Positions 9,836 through 19,559 are shown, counted from the stretch's first letter. The stretch is DNA of 64,000 nucleotides from Bacteroidota bacterium (GCA_013289015.1 JABDAV010000006.1:653-64652), one strand, 5' to 3'. A program made the numbers and translations. Notes: generated by a model not told the origin, from the letters alone.

Positions 9836-9879
9836 TGCCCTCAGAGGGATTTGAACCCACGACCGTCTCCTTAAGAGGG
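9836..9879 (-). tRNA. 3' half of tRNA-Lys(CTT), att-like fragment (second variant)
   Basis: Minus strand CC-CTCTTAA-GGAGA-CGGTC-GTGGG-TTCAAAT-CCCTC-TGAGGGC-A; shares the 20-mer cgaccgtctccttaagaggg with 6664-6683. Confidence 0.78.
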
Positions 9880-9974
9880 GTTTTCCCGCTAAAATAAGGA
9901 CTCAAAACTTAAAAAAAGCTTTGAAAAATAAGGATAAATTCAGATTGAGACTTTAAAAGTTGAAAGCATTGTAT

Positions 9975-9986
9975 GGACCTGTTCCT
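9975..9986. repeat. GGACCTGTTCCT motif copy 3
   Basis: Direct repeat on the other side of tRNA fragment 2. Confidence 0.5.
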
Positions 9987-10074
9987 CTTCAAAAATGACA
10001 TGAATTATTTCTGAAGAATTGCGATTGGGAAGGTATTTAATTTAATAATCAGGTCTCTAAAAAGGGTACATGAA

Positions 10075-11010
10075 TTAGATCAAATTATCAAGACTCATGC
10101 ATTCAATATCGCTTCGCAATTCATCAACCGGCAGGCATCGCAAATAAACCATTGTCATACTGATTGATTTGTGTCCGAGTAACTGCCTTAATTTAGCAAT
10201 GTTGTTATTTGTATTTAAGAAATTGATTGCAAACGTATGCCTGAACTGATGAAGGTGAAATGGAATTCCTGAACAATAGCGAAGTTTATCAACCAAATGC
10301 TTCAGACCATCATAGGTCAATTTTTCATCACGTTGACTAGAAATAATTAAGTATGGTGTTGTATACTTTTTTCGTTCATTCAGATAATCCTTTAAATACA
10401 AAAGCAATTGTGAATGCAGTGGCAGTTGCCTTGATCTTCCTGATTTGGAAGTATCTCCCCGCACTGTTAATATCTTATGCTCAATATCAACATCTCTAAT
10501 CTGTAACAACATTAATTCTTCTCTTCGTAACCCGCAAAATAGAAGCAGATAAAACAAAACTAAATTCCGTTTTAGAATCAAAAGGTTATTGTCATGATGT
10601 GTATGAATTGCTGTAATGATTTTTTCTATTTCCTCTTTCTTTAGAAACTTTTTATCTTCATATGAAGGTGAAGGATGTTTTAAAGTTGCAAAAGGATTGA
10701 CTTCTATATAATGTTTTACAGCCATCCATTTAAAGAAAGCGTTTAATTTATTCCAATAGGTAGCAATTGTTGATTTTTTAACGCCCGTCTTAATAATTCC
10801 TTTGCCGACAACTCTTTTACGTTCCTGGATGATTTTAAAAAAATCAGTCAAGGTTTGAGAAGTGATTGTTTTGCAGGTCAAACCGGGCATTATTTTAGTA
10901 AACAGTTTAAAAGCACCGGTATACCCTAGCAATGTTTCGAGACGCAATTTTCTTACATACTCGGCTTCATATAAAAATTCATCAAACAGTTGTTCTAACG
11001 ATTTATGCAT
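10075..11010 (-). CDS. Tyrosine recombinase (Int3), divergent from Int1/Int2
   Basis: CGLRREE, HQFRHTFA, LGHKSISMTMVY. Confidence 0.9.
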   Translation of the reverse strand: MHKSLEQLFDEFLYEAEYVRKLRLETLLGYTGAFKLFTKIMPGLTCKTITSQTLTDFFKIIQERKRVVGKGIIKTGVKKSTIATYWNKLNAFFKWMAVKHYIEVNPFATLKHPSPSYEDKKFLKKEEIEKIITAIHTHHDNNLLILKRNLVLFYLLLFCGLRREELMLLQIRDVDIEHKILTVRGDTSKSGRSRQLPLHSQLLLYLKDYLNERKKYTTPYLIISSQRDEKLTYDGLKHLVDKLRYCSGIPFHLHQFRHTFAINFLNTNNNIAKLRQLLGHKSISMTMVYLRCLPVDELRSDIECMSLDNLI

Positions 11011-11093
11011 TTGTTAGAACAAGTATTACAAACTAAATATTCATTTCTAAGGCATAGTAATTTGGCTTTTGTTCATTTTTCTCTCTCTGTTGC

Positions 11094-12419
11094 TTGCAGA
11101 AAAATTATTTTATGATGACACAAATGCAGGAGAATGAAGCAAACAAAATAACCCCAATAGGCATCACAGACTTCAGAAATACCCACATCCCATTTGGTAT
11201 AAAAGCAAAAGACCGCTTGCAACATATCTATGTTATCGGCAAGACCGGTGTTGGCAAAAGCACCTTGCTTCAGAATATGGCAATTGCAGACATAGAACAA
11301 GGTAATGGTATCACAGTCATTGATCCGCATGGAGACTTAGCTGATAGTTTATTAAACCACATTCCTGCACCGCGCATTCATGATGTCATTTATTTTAATG
11401 CAACCGATACAGACTATCCTATTGGTTTTAATCCCTTGTATAATGTTCCAGATAATAAAAAGCATTTGATTGCTTCAATTTTAATTTCAACATTTAAAAA
11501 GATATGGAGTGAATCCTGGGGCCCGAGACTTGAATATATTTTACGCAATTGCTTATTGACACTATTAGAAAGCGGCAAAGCGGTCACCCTGCTCGATATT
11601 CAACCATTGTTAGTACATAAAGAATTCAGGCAGGATATTTTGTATAGTATTCATAACAAGCAACTGCTCTCCTTTTGGTATGATGAGTTTGATAAATATC
11701 CGGTACCACTGCGTTCAGAAGCCATTGCGCCAATCCTTAATAAAATCGGTGTCTTTGCATCCAATAGCATCTTGCGTAACATTGTTGGTCAGAAGATAAG
11801 CACCATTGATCTGAAAACAATAGTGTTGGAAAAGAAAATACTGATTTGTAATTTTTCAAAAGGGATATTAGGTGAAGATGTATCAAGCCTGTTAGGGAGC
11901 ATACTTGTATCAATGATTCACTTTACAGCTCTTCAACGAGCAGAACTTCCTATTGAAGAACGCACACCATTTTATCTCTATATAGATGAAATGCACTCAT
12001 TCATTTCTTTATCATTTGCAGATGCTTTAAGTGAAGCTCGTAAATATGGCTTGTCCTTATTCCTTACGCATCAATACCTGGAACAAATTTCAGAAGAACT
12101 ACGTGTTGCAATCTTCGGAAACATTGGAACAACTATCAGTTTCCGAGTAGGTGCAGAAGATGCAGCATATCTCTCAAAAGAATTTTATCCGACATTCTCA
12201 CAAACAGACTTTATTAACCTTTCAAGATATGCTATGTATATAAAACTAATGATTGACGGTGTAACATCAAGGCCATTTAGTGCTGCGCTGAAACAACCGC
12301 AAAAACTTATAAATAGATATAAAGATGATATAGTTGCCCAATCCCGACGTGTGTTTGGAAAAGCAATCGTGCCAGATGAAATAACAATATCAATCGAACA
12401 AAACACTCTATTCAAATAG
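11094..12419 (+). CDS. HerA/TraG-D (DUF87-like) coupling-type ATPase
   Basis: Walker A GKTGVGKS, IDPHGD, Walker B LYIDEMH, EARKYG, HQYLEQ. Confidence 0.85.
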   Translation: MQKNYFMMTQMQENEANKITPIGITDFRNTHIPFGIKAKDRLQHIYVIGKTGVGKSTLLQNMAIADIEQGNGITVIDPHGDLADSLLNHIPAPRIHDVIYFNATDTDYPIGFNPLYNVPDNKKHLIASILISTFKKIWSESWGPRLEYILRNCLLTLLESGKAVTLLDIQPLLVHKEFRQDILYSIHNKQLLSFWYDEFDKYPVPLRSEAIAPILNKIGVFASNSILRNIVGQKISTIDLKTIVLEKKILICNFSKGILGEDVSSLLGSILVSMIHFTALQRAELPIEERTPFYLYIDEMHSFISLSFADALSEARKYGLSLFLTHQYLEQISEELRVAIFGNIGTTISFRVGAEDAAYLSKEFYPTFSQTDFINLSRYAMYIKLMIDGVTSRPFSAALKQPQKLINRYKDDIVAQSRRVFGKAIVPDEITISIEQNTLFK

Positions 12420-12653
12420 TAGTAAAATCAATCACTGAAAAAGCTTTTTTAAATTTACTAGAATGTACAGAAAGACTTAGTTGTCCTGTACAACAATTTT
12501 TTCAAGTTGATTTAATTTGAACTTGTTAGAATATCCAACTGCTTATTGTTGCAGTAACGACTCCAAAACATTTTTCAAAATAAATTTGCATTCTCCTTTA
12601 AATCTTTTAGATTTATATAACCTACTAACGTTTGCCTAAATAGATTTCTTCTC

Positions 12654-14150
12654 ATGGAACATACAAAACAAAACTTAACTCTTTTGATAACTAAAATTAA
12701 TGAATCGTTGCCTGACGATAATGACTTGAAGGGTTTTCTTGGGGTATCAAAAGCATTAATTACTGATATTCTTGTGCAGAGTGATTCACTCCTAATTCCA
12801 CTAAAGGATTATGATAATGATTTTGAAGTAATTGTTTTAAAAAGAGAATTGGCAGAGTTATTTGAGAAAATAAACAAATTAGTAGAGGAAAGGTTTGAAA
12901 AAATAAGATCAGATCAATTCCAATCATTCTTAAAGTATGTAACAAAAATCAAATTTTTAATAAAAGAAACTTATATCTCTGTAGCAAGTGGTGCAGCTAT
13001 TAGGACAGAAGCTGAGATCGCTAGAGCAAAAGAGGAATTGGCTTTACTTAGCTCAAATAATGAGGAACTCAAAAAAATAAACACCGACTTAATTGCCCTT
13101 AAAGACACCACGATCCAAAATATTTCTACTTTCACAACAGAAGCAGGAACATTAAAAGATGGGATAGCAGGCATCAATGAGGAAGTAAAAGCTCTAAAGG
13201 AATCAACAACCACTGTCGTCACTGATTTGGAAGCAAAACAAAGAACTGCGATTGAAAATGAAAAACAAACCACGGAATTTTTAGCAACAGTGGAAGCCCA
13301 TAAGGCAGCAATTGAAGTAATTAAAAATAATACAACCGAATGGGAGCAAAACATTGCTTCCGCAAAGGAATCACTTACAACAAAGGTTGCTGAATTTGAG
13401 GCATTAAACGAAAAATCAAAAAATATACAATCACAAATTGAGGCCACCCACGAAAAAATATTTGGTAAGAAGGATGGCGATGGAATACAGATTAAAGGTT
13501 ATCTGCAGGAAACAGAAGATCTGAAAAACCAAATCGAAACTTTCTTATCTGAACAACAGACAAAATTCTCGACACAATTTCAAGAAATTGAAGGTTTATT
13601 ACCAGGAGCAACAAGTACTGGTCTTGCCGAAGCATATCAAAAACAAAAAGATAGCTACACAAAGCCAATTCAACTTTGGTCAGGGATATTTATTTCTACT
13701 ATTACGCTAATGACAGTATTAAGCGTTTATTTAATCTATCAGCAAATAATTGGAAAGTATGAACTTTCCCTCAATAGTGCTTTTATCTCGTTATTGAAAG
13801 ACTTGCCTTTCTTCATCCCTACAATTTGGATGGCTTCTTACGCAAGCAAGCAACAAAGCCAATACAAAAGATTGCAACAGGAATATGCTTTTAAAGAAAC
13901 AAATGCAAAATCATTTCATGGACACAAAATGCAAATTGAACAATTAATGAAAGATGGAGAAACCGATAAAGGTTTATTATCGCAATTGGTCGCCCAACTT
14001 GTAATAATCACTGCTTACAATCCAAGCGGAACACTAGACAACAAAACGCATGAAGACAGTCCACCGATTTTTAAGCTTGTCGAAAAATATTTGCCTGGAA
14101 TTGGAAAGAAAGAAACTGAAACTGGAATTGAAAAGAAAGAAAAAGAATGA
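12654..14150 (+). CDS. Long coiled-coil protein with two C-terminal TM helices
   Basis: Heptad-rich central region; hydrophobic LWSGIFISTITLMTVLSVYLIY and LPFFIPTIWMA. Confidence 0.75.
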   Translation: MEHTKQNLTLLITKINESLPDDNDLKGFLGVSKALITDILVQSDSLLIPLKDYDNDFEVIVLKRELAELFEKINKLVEERFEKIRSDQFQSFLKYVTKIKFLIKETYISVASGAAIRTEAEIARAKEELALLSSNNEELKKINTDLIALKDTTIQNISTFTTEAGTLKDGIAGINEEVKALKESTTTVVTDLEAKQRTAIENEKQTTEFLATVEAHKAAIEVIKNNTTEWEQNIASAKESLTTKVAEFEALNEKSKNIQSQIEATHEKIFGKKDGDGIQIKGYLQETEDLKNQIETFLSEQQTKFSTQFQEIEGLLPGATSTGLAEAYQKQKDSYTKPIQLWSGIFISTITLMTVLSVYLIYQQIIGKYELSLNSAFISLLKDLPFFIPTIWMASYASKQQSQYKRLQQEYAFKETNAKSFHGHKMQIEQLMKDGETDKGLLSQLVAQLVIITAYNPSGTLDNKTHEDSPPIFKLVEKYLPGIGKKETETGIEKKEKE

Positions 14151-14167
14151 TTTTCAATGAATTGGTT

Positions 14168-14227
14168 GATAGGACTCCCTCAGAAAGTGTCGGCAAGTAG
14201 TTCGCAAAACCATTACAGGAAAAAGCA
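14168..14227 (+). repeat. Cassette-boundary repeat R1
   Basis: gataggactccctcagaaagtgtcggcaagtagttcgcaaaaccattacaggaaaaagca, 17 bp after the 14150 stop. Confidence 0.9.
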
Positions 14228-14459
14228 GGTAAATCGAACTGTTCGATGGATTCTGATTCCAACCGAGACGATAATACCACCATTAACATTGTGTGTATTT
14301 GATTTGATATCAGAGGGGATTTTCACAAACCCTGTTGCCTGCAAGCCTGTTGGCAACGCTAATACAGCCCACCACAATCAATACTTCATGTTTTAAATTT
14401 TCTTTGCTAACGCCTTATTTTGGAGTGTATATTTACTTACTTCAATTCTTCTTTATATT

Positions 14460-16154
14460 ATGGCAGAAAATAAACTTGACTTATTAACCATTTACGCCTT
14501 GATAAAGGAAAATCCGTTTGCCTTTTACATTCCTTCATACCAAAGAGGTTATAGATGGACTGAAAGACAAGTCATAGACCTGCTTGACGATATTTATGAA
14601 TTCACCAACAGAAAGGGTAGAACAATTGACGAATTCTATTCTCTACAACCAGTGGTTGTAAAACCCAAAAATGGAAGTTGGGAAGTGATTGACGGACAAC
14701 AAAGATTGACAACGATTTTTTTACTCCTGAAATATTTTAATAACCGACTTTCCGTTGAATTCCAAAAAGACCTCTATATTTTAAGTTATGAAACAAGAGA
14801 AGGAAGTGCCGAATATTTAGAAAGTCTTTCAGAAGAAAAAAGTAAAACTAATGTTGACTATTTCCACATTTATCAAGCGTACACAGCAATTAAAAATTGG
14901 TTCTCTCGAAAACAAAATATCGTAAATGATTTTGAAGCAGCACTTCTCAATTCAACCAAAATTATTTGGTATGAAGTAAATGAGGACATTGATTCCATTG
15001 ACATTTTCACACGATTGAACATCGGCAAGATACCTCTGACAAATGCTGAATTAATAAAAGCTCTGTTTTTATTCAGAGACAATTTTGAAGGTAACGATAA
15101 GACGAGACAACTTAGACAAATCGAAATTGCAGGTGAGTGGGACAGAATTGAAGCAACACTTAGAGAGAAAGAGTTTTGGGGTTTCCTAAGTGATGGAAAC
15201 GACAACTACGACAATCGTATTGAATTTATTTTTGACTTAATGAGTGGCAAAACGAAAGAAGATAAAGATTTTACTTTCCGATATTTTCATAAACGCTTTA
15301 ATCAAATTAAAGATGTTGAAATGGCTTGGAAAGAAGTCAAGGACTATTTTCTTACTTTTCAAGAGTGGTATAATGACAGAGAGCTATTTCATTTAGTTGG
15401 TTTTTTAATTACTGTTAGAGAAAAGGTTGCACTATTGAAAACCGAATCTGTCGGGAAGACGAAAACTATTTTTAAAAACTTTTTAAAGAATAAAATAAAG
15501 AGCTATACCAATTTTCAAATTTCTGAACTAAGTTATTCCGAAAATTCAGACAAAGCTAAAATTAGAAACACCCTTCTACTCTTCAATGTTGTTTCAATAA
15601 TAAATAATAAAGCATCAAACTACAGATTTCAGTTCGGCAGGTTTAAGGCTGAGAATTGGGACATAGAACATATTCATTCTGTAAAATCAAGTATGCCCGA
15701 AAGAGAGGAACATAGAAAGGACTGGATGAATGAGATTTTTAATTACACGAAAGTGAAAGACTTAAAACAAAGAATCAGAAGATGGTTAGAGATTGAAAAG
15801 AAAAACAGAACAGAAGAGTTTGAGACAATTTATGACGACGTTTTAAAAATATATTCCGAAGATGGGACCGCGGAAGAGATTGACGATCTTACAAATCTTA
15901 CACTGCTTGATGATGGAACAAATAGAGGTTACAAGAATTCCATTTATCCTATAAAACGAAATAAGATTATTCAGAAAGATCAGGATGGAACATTCATTCC
16001 GCTCTGCACGAAAAATGTTTTTTTGAAATACTACAACGATTCCGTTGACCAAATGACACTTTGGGGAAAGACTGATAGAAGGTCCTACTTCAAGGCAATT
16101 CTTGATGTTCTAAAAATTTATTTGCCTGGACAAATTGTAAATCAGAATCAATAA
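14460..16154 (+). CDS. DUF262 + DUF1524 (GmrSD-like) protein
   Basis: IPSYQRGYRW, VIDGQQRLTT, FTRLNIGK; C-terminal DIEHIH and NLTLL...N HNH-type motifs. Confidence 0.85.
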   Translation: MAENKLDLLTIYALIKENPFAFYIPSYQRGYRWTERQVIDLLDDIYEFTNRKGRTIDEFYSLQPVVVKPKNGSWEVIDGQQRLTTIFLLLKYFNNRLSVEFQKDLYILSYETREGSAEYLESLSEEKSKTNVDYFHIYQAYTAIKNWFSRKQNIVNDFEAALLNSTKIIWYEVNEDIDSIDIFTRLNIGKIPLTNAELIKALFLFRDNFEGNDKTRQLRQIEIAGEWDRIEATLREKEFWGFLSDGNDNYDNRIEFIFDLMSGKTKEDKDFTFRYFHKRFNQIKDVEMAWKEVKDYFLTFQEWYNDRELFHLVGFLITVREKVALLKTESVGKTKTIFKNFLKNKIKSYTNFQISELSYSENSDKAKIRNTLLLFNVVSIINNKASNYRFQFGRFKAENWDIEHIHSVKSSMPEREEHRKDWMNEIFNYTKVKDLKQRIRRWLEIEKKNRTEEFETIYDDVLKIYSEDGTAEEIDDLTNLTLLDDGTNRGYKNSIYPIKRNKIIQKDQDGTFIPLCTKNVFLKYYNDSVDQMTLWGKTDRRSYFKAILDVLKIYLPGQIVNQNQ

Positions 16155-18383
16155 ATGGGAGAAAAGCTAACATTTCACAAACTTATTTCGGAGAAAAATT
16201 ACACGATTGAAATCCCGATAATTCAGAGAGATTATGCACAGGGCAGAGAATCAGCAGGAGAAATACGCTTACAATTTTTAACTGCTTTAAAAGATTATTT
16301 AGTCGCAGATAAACCTATTGAGTTGGACTTTATTTATGGAAGTTTAGTTGCAGATGGAAGCAAAACTCTTTTTACACCATTAGATGGACAACAAAGATTG
16401 ACAACGCTTTTTTTGTTGCACTGGTATCTTGCTATCAAAGAAAATAGGTTTATAGAATTCAGAGAAGTATTGCTAAATAACAATAAGGCAAGATTTAGTT
16501 ACGAAACAAGAATAACATCACGAGACTTTTGTAACGCAATTGTTTCAAACGATATTAAGTTTTCAGAGATTTACGCAACTTCAATCAGTGAAGTAATTAA
16601 GGATTCAAGCTGGTTCTTTCTATCTTGGGAGAATGACCCAACAATTCAATCAATGCTTGTGGTGCTTGATGAAATTCATACAGTTTTTAATGATGTAGAA
16701 GAGTTTTACAACAGGCTTGTAAGAGTTGAAAATCCTATAATTGGTTTTCAGTTTATAGAATTAGAAAATTTTGGATTAACCGACAGTTTATATGTGAAGA
16801 TGAATTCAAGAGGGAAAGAGTTGACGGAGTTTGAAAATTTTAAAGCAAAGTTTGAGCAGTATCTTGAAAGAGCAGACACAGAAAACAAAACAGATTTTAA
16901 AACAGACTTTTCCCAAAAAATAGATACCGATTGGACTGACCTGTTTTGGAACTATAGAAACCCTGATACAAATGTATTTGACAATGAACTAATGAACTTT
17001 ATTCGGGTAATAGCAACAAATAATTATGCATTAATTCAAACGAATAGAACTGAACTTGAAACAAACATAAGAGAGTTATCTGACAGACTTAAAAAGGTAA
17101 GTTTCACTAGGTATGAAACATTGAAGTGTTTAGACCCTCAATGCTTACAAGATATTATAGGAACACTTGATTATTTAAAAAACGGCAGCAGAAAAATAAA
17201 AACATTTTTAGTTGATTGTAACCTGATTGACGAAGAAAAGTTGTTTGAGGACGTTGTGCAGAACGATTTGACGTACACAGAAAGAATTTTGTTTTTTAGT
17301 CTTTACAAATATTTGATTGCAAACAAAGGCAATGCAAAAGGGCTTGATGATTGGATGAGAATTGTTAGAAATCTGTCTGTTAATACAATTTACGATGATG
17401 CGGATGCATATGCAAGAAGTATAAGAGCAATATATCAATTACTACCAAAAAGTCCTGATATTGTAAATTACTTTTCTTCTACTGACTTCAAACTTCAAGG
17501 CTTTGCACCGATCCAAATTTTAGAAGAACAAATTAAGGCTAAGCTTATTATTAAAAATAATAAATGGAGAGAAGCCATAATTAAATATGAAGACCATACA
17601 TATTTTGTAGGGCAGATTGACTTTATCTTGAAGTTTTCAGGTATCAAAGATCTCCACAAGACTAATAATAATCTTGATTGGGATGAGAAAACAAATGCAA
17701 ACTTTTTCATTCAATTTAATTCATATGCAGCGAAGTTGGCATTTATGTTTACCGACTACGGACTTAACAATCTTGATTTCTATTTGTGGCAACGGGCACT
17801 TCTAACGAAAGGAGATTATCTCCTGTGGGCTTCGAGAAATAAAAGTTTCCTGGTTGACGAGGACAGAGATGTAAGTTGGAAAAGATTATTGCGTGATGAC
17901 AGCCCCAAAAGAGATTATTTGAAACTCCTTCTTGACGACATTTCTATTGAATCAGCAATCACAGACCTTCAAGCAGTTATCGACAACGATTATTCGCAAG
18001 ATTGGCGTAAGTATTTTATTCATCGCCCAGAAATCATAGATGTTTGCGGAGCAAAAAAATTTATAAGATGGGAAAGCAATAACAACATTTTACTTTTGGA
18101 GAGAAGTCAAACGAATGGTTGGCATAGAGAATACTACTCTTACGCATTAAAAATTAAGCTTGAACACTTAGGAAATGACATTTCCTATTTCTGTATTAAT
18201 TCCGTTGACTACTTGAAATACATTAGTGGGATAAATAACAGCATTGTTCAAATCGCTTATGTTTATACTGATAATGGATGGAGGTATAGGTTTAGAATTT
18301 CGGCAGACAACTATGACTATTTTGAAACTGAACAGGAAATAATTGACTACTTAGTACTAGACAACTATATAAACAACGCATAA
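16155..18383 (+). CDS. Second DUF262 protein (GmrSD-like partner)
   Basis: IPIIQRDYAQGR, LDGQQRLTT, YVKMNSRGKELT; start immediately follows upstream stop. Confidence 0.85.
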   Translation: MGEKLTFHKLISEKNYTIEIPIIQRDYAQGRESAGEIRLQFLTALKDYLVADKPIELDFIYGSLVADGSKTLFTPLDGQQRLTTLFLLHWYLAIKENRFIEFREVLLNNNKARFSYETRITSRDFCNAIVSNDIKFSEIYATSISEVIKDSSWFFLSWENDPTIQSMLVVLDEIHTVFNDVEEFYNRLVRVENPIIGFQFIELENFGLTDSLYVKMNSRGKELTEFENFKAKFEQYLERADTENKTDFKTDFSQKIDTDWTDLFWNYRNPDTNVFDNELMNFIRVIATNNYALIQTNRTELETNIRELSDRLKKVSFTRYETLKCLDPQCLQDIIGTLDYLKNGSRKIKTFLVDCNLIDEEKLFEDVVQNDLTYTERILFFSLYKYLIANKGNAKGLDDWMRIVRNLSVNTIYDDADAYARSIRAIYQLLPKSPDIVNYFSSTDFKLQGFAPIQILEEQIKAKLIIKNNKWREAIIKYEDHTYFVGQIDFILKFSGIKDLHKTNNNLDWDEKTNANFFIQFNSYAAKLAFMFTDYGLNNLDFYLWQRALLTKGDYLLWASRNKSFLVDEDRDVSWKRLLRDDSPKRDYLKLLLDDISIESAITDLQAVIDNDYSQDWRKYFIHRPEIIDVCGAKKFIRWESNNNILLLERSQTNGWHREYYSYALKIKLEHLGNDISYFCINSVDYLKYISGINNSIVQIAYVYTDNGWRYRFRISADNYDYFETEQEIIDYLVLDNYINNA

Positions 18384-18386
18384 GTG

Positions 18387-18442
18387 TATAGGTCCTCAGA
18401 AAGTGTCCCGCAAGTAGTTCGCCAAACCATTGCGGAAGAAAC
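18387..18442 (+). repeat. Cassette-boundary repeat R2
   Basis: tataggtcctcagaaagtgtcccgcaagtagttcgccaaaccattgcggaagaaac, 3 bp after the 18383 stop. Confidence 0.9.
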
Positions 18443-18470
18443 TTGTATTCATAAATAAAAAGCTAGCTAT

Positions 18471-19304
18471 ATGGGATTTCAACTTTGGTATTCAAGCAAC
18501 TTCAAAATAGCCAGAAAAGGGACGACATTCAACGAACTTCAAAATATCTTTATTGATAAAATAACAACAAAATTAATCTACGAACCTTTGGCCTGTTGCA
18601 AAACAAGTGACAACATTTTCGAAGTAGGATTAATTTTAGAAAATAGGGATTTTGATTCAATTGGAGTAATCAACGAAGAAGGGAAAAAAGTTGGTTACAT
18701 ATTAAAGAGTGAATTGAATGGTCATACAATTGAAAATTGCACAAACCCTTTTAACAGCGAGATTTTAATTTCAGACTCTACCCCAATTTCTGATTTATTA
18801 GAAATTTTATCTAATAAGGAGTTTGTGTATGTACTTGACAGAAATGAGATTGAAGGAATTGTAACGCGAGCAGACATAAACAAACCAATTGTTAGAATTT
18901 ATTTATTCGGAATGTTATCACTGTTTGAATTACATCTGAACTATTGGATAACTAAAATTTATCATGATGAAAATTGGAAAGAATTACTTTCAACACCGCG
19001 AGTTGAAAATGCAATAAAAATTTTCAAAGATCGACAAGGGAAAAATGACCAATTAACCTTATTAGAGTGTTTACAAATTTCAGACAAAAAAACTATTTTA
19101 ATTAAAACAGAAAGCTTTTTGAAAACTTATGAATTTTCTAAAACGAAATTTAAAGATTTATTAGAAAAAACAGAAAGTATTCGAAACGAATTAGTGCATA
19201 GTCAGAACTCAATAATTTCAAATTTAGATTGGAAAGACTTTACCTATTGCATTGAAAGTATCAAACTGTTTCTCGAAAAATCAGAAGAACAAGTTAGAAA
19301 ATAA
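18471..19304 (+). CDS. CBS-pair + HEPN (Swt1-like) protein
   Basis: CBS motifs FDSIGV...KVGYI and IEGIVTRADINKP; C-terminal RNELVH (R-X4-H). Confidence 0.7.
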   Translation: MGFQLWYSSNFKIARKGTTFNELQNIFIDKITTKLIYEPLACCKTSDNIFEVGLILENRDFDSIGVINEEGKKVGYILKSELNGHTIENCTNPFNSEILISDSTPISDLLEILSNKEFVYVLDRNEIEGIVTRADINKPIVRIYLFGMLSLFELHLNYWITKIYHDENWKELLSTPRVENAIKIFKDRQGKNDQLTLLECLQISDKKTILIKTESFLKTYEFSKTKFKDLLEKTESIRNELVHSQNSIISNLDWKDFTYCIESIKLFLEKSEEQVRK

Positions 19305-19500
19305 AAAGCCATACTTGCAAATAGTACCAATCAACTTAATAATCGTACACTCGTAGTTAATAACTTAGCAAAAAATTATTATGGAAGCCATGTAACCCCA
19401 CGAGCAAGTACATATAGTTTGCAAAGAGAGGCTGATATAGTTTTGCGGGCATGGAAAAAAGTATAACAAAGCCCTTACGTATAAGGCACAGCAGCGTGGA

Positions 19501-19559
19501 GATAGGACTCTCTCAGAAAGTGTCCCGCAAGTAGTTCGCCAAACCATTGCAGGAAATAG
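19501..19559 (+). repeat. Cassette-boundary repeat R3
   Basis: gataggactctctcagaaagtgtcccgcaagtagttcgccaaaccattgcaggaaatag. Confidence 0.9.

Noticed and set aside
6640-9879. Complete tRNA-Lys genes or an intron-split tRNA
   Set aside because: No D-arm or 5' acceptor strand found upstream of either fragment
5629-11010. RIT (recombinase-in-trio) element or host xerC/xerD
   Set aside because: The genes are not overlapping or contiguous, two are close paralogues separated by cargo, and the context is a mobile element
12466-12575. Fifth degenerate boundary repeat upstream of the coiled-coil gene (cagaaag...tgtcc; gcagtaacgactccaaaacatt)
   Set aside because: Similarity is too fragmentary to support by eye
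14071-14396. Short ORFs spanning R1 (and 19365..19547 spanning R3)
   Set aside because: They are translations of the repeat and intergenic DNA
19305-19378. Degenerate attC-like sequence after the CBS-HEPN gene
   Set aside because: Core-site consensus and pairing are not convincing
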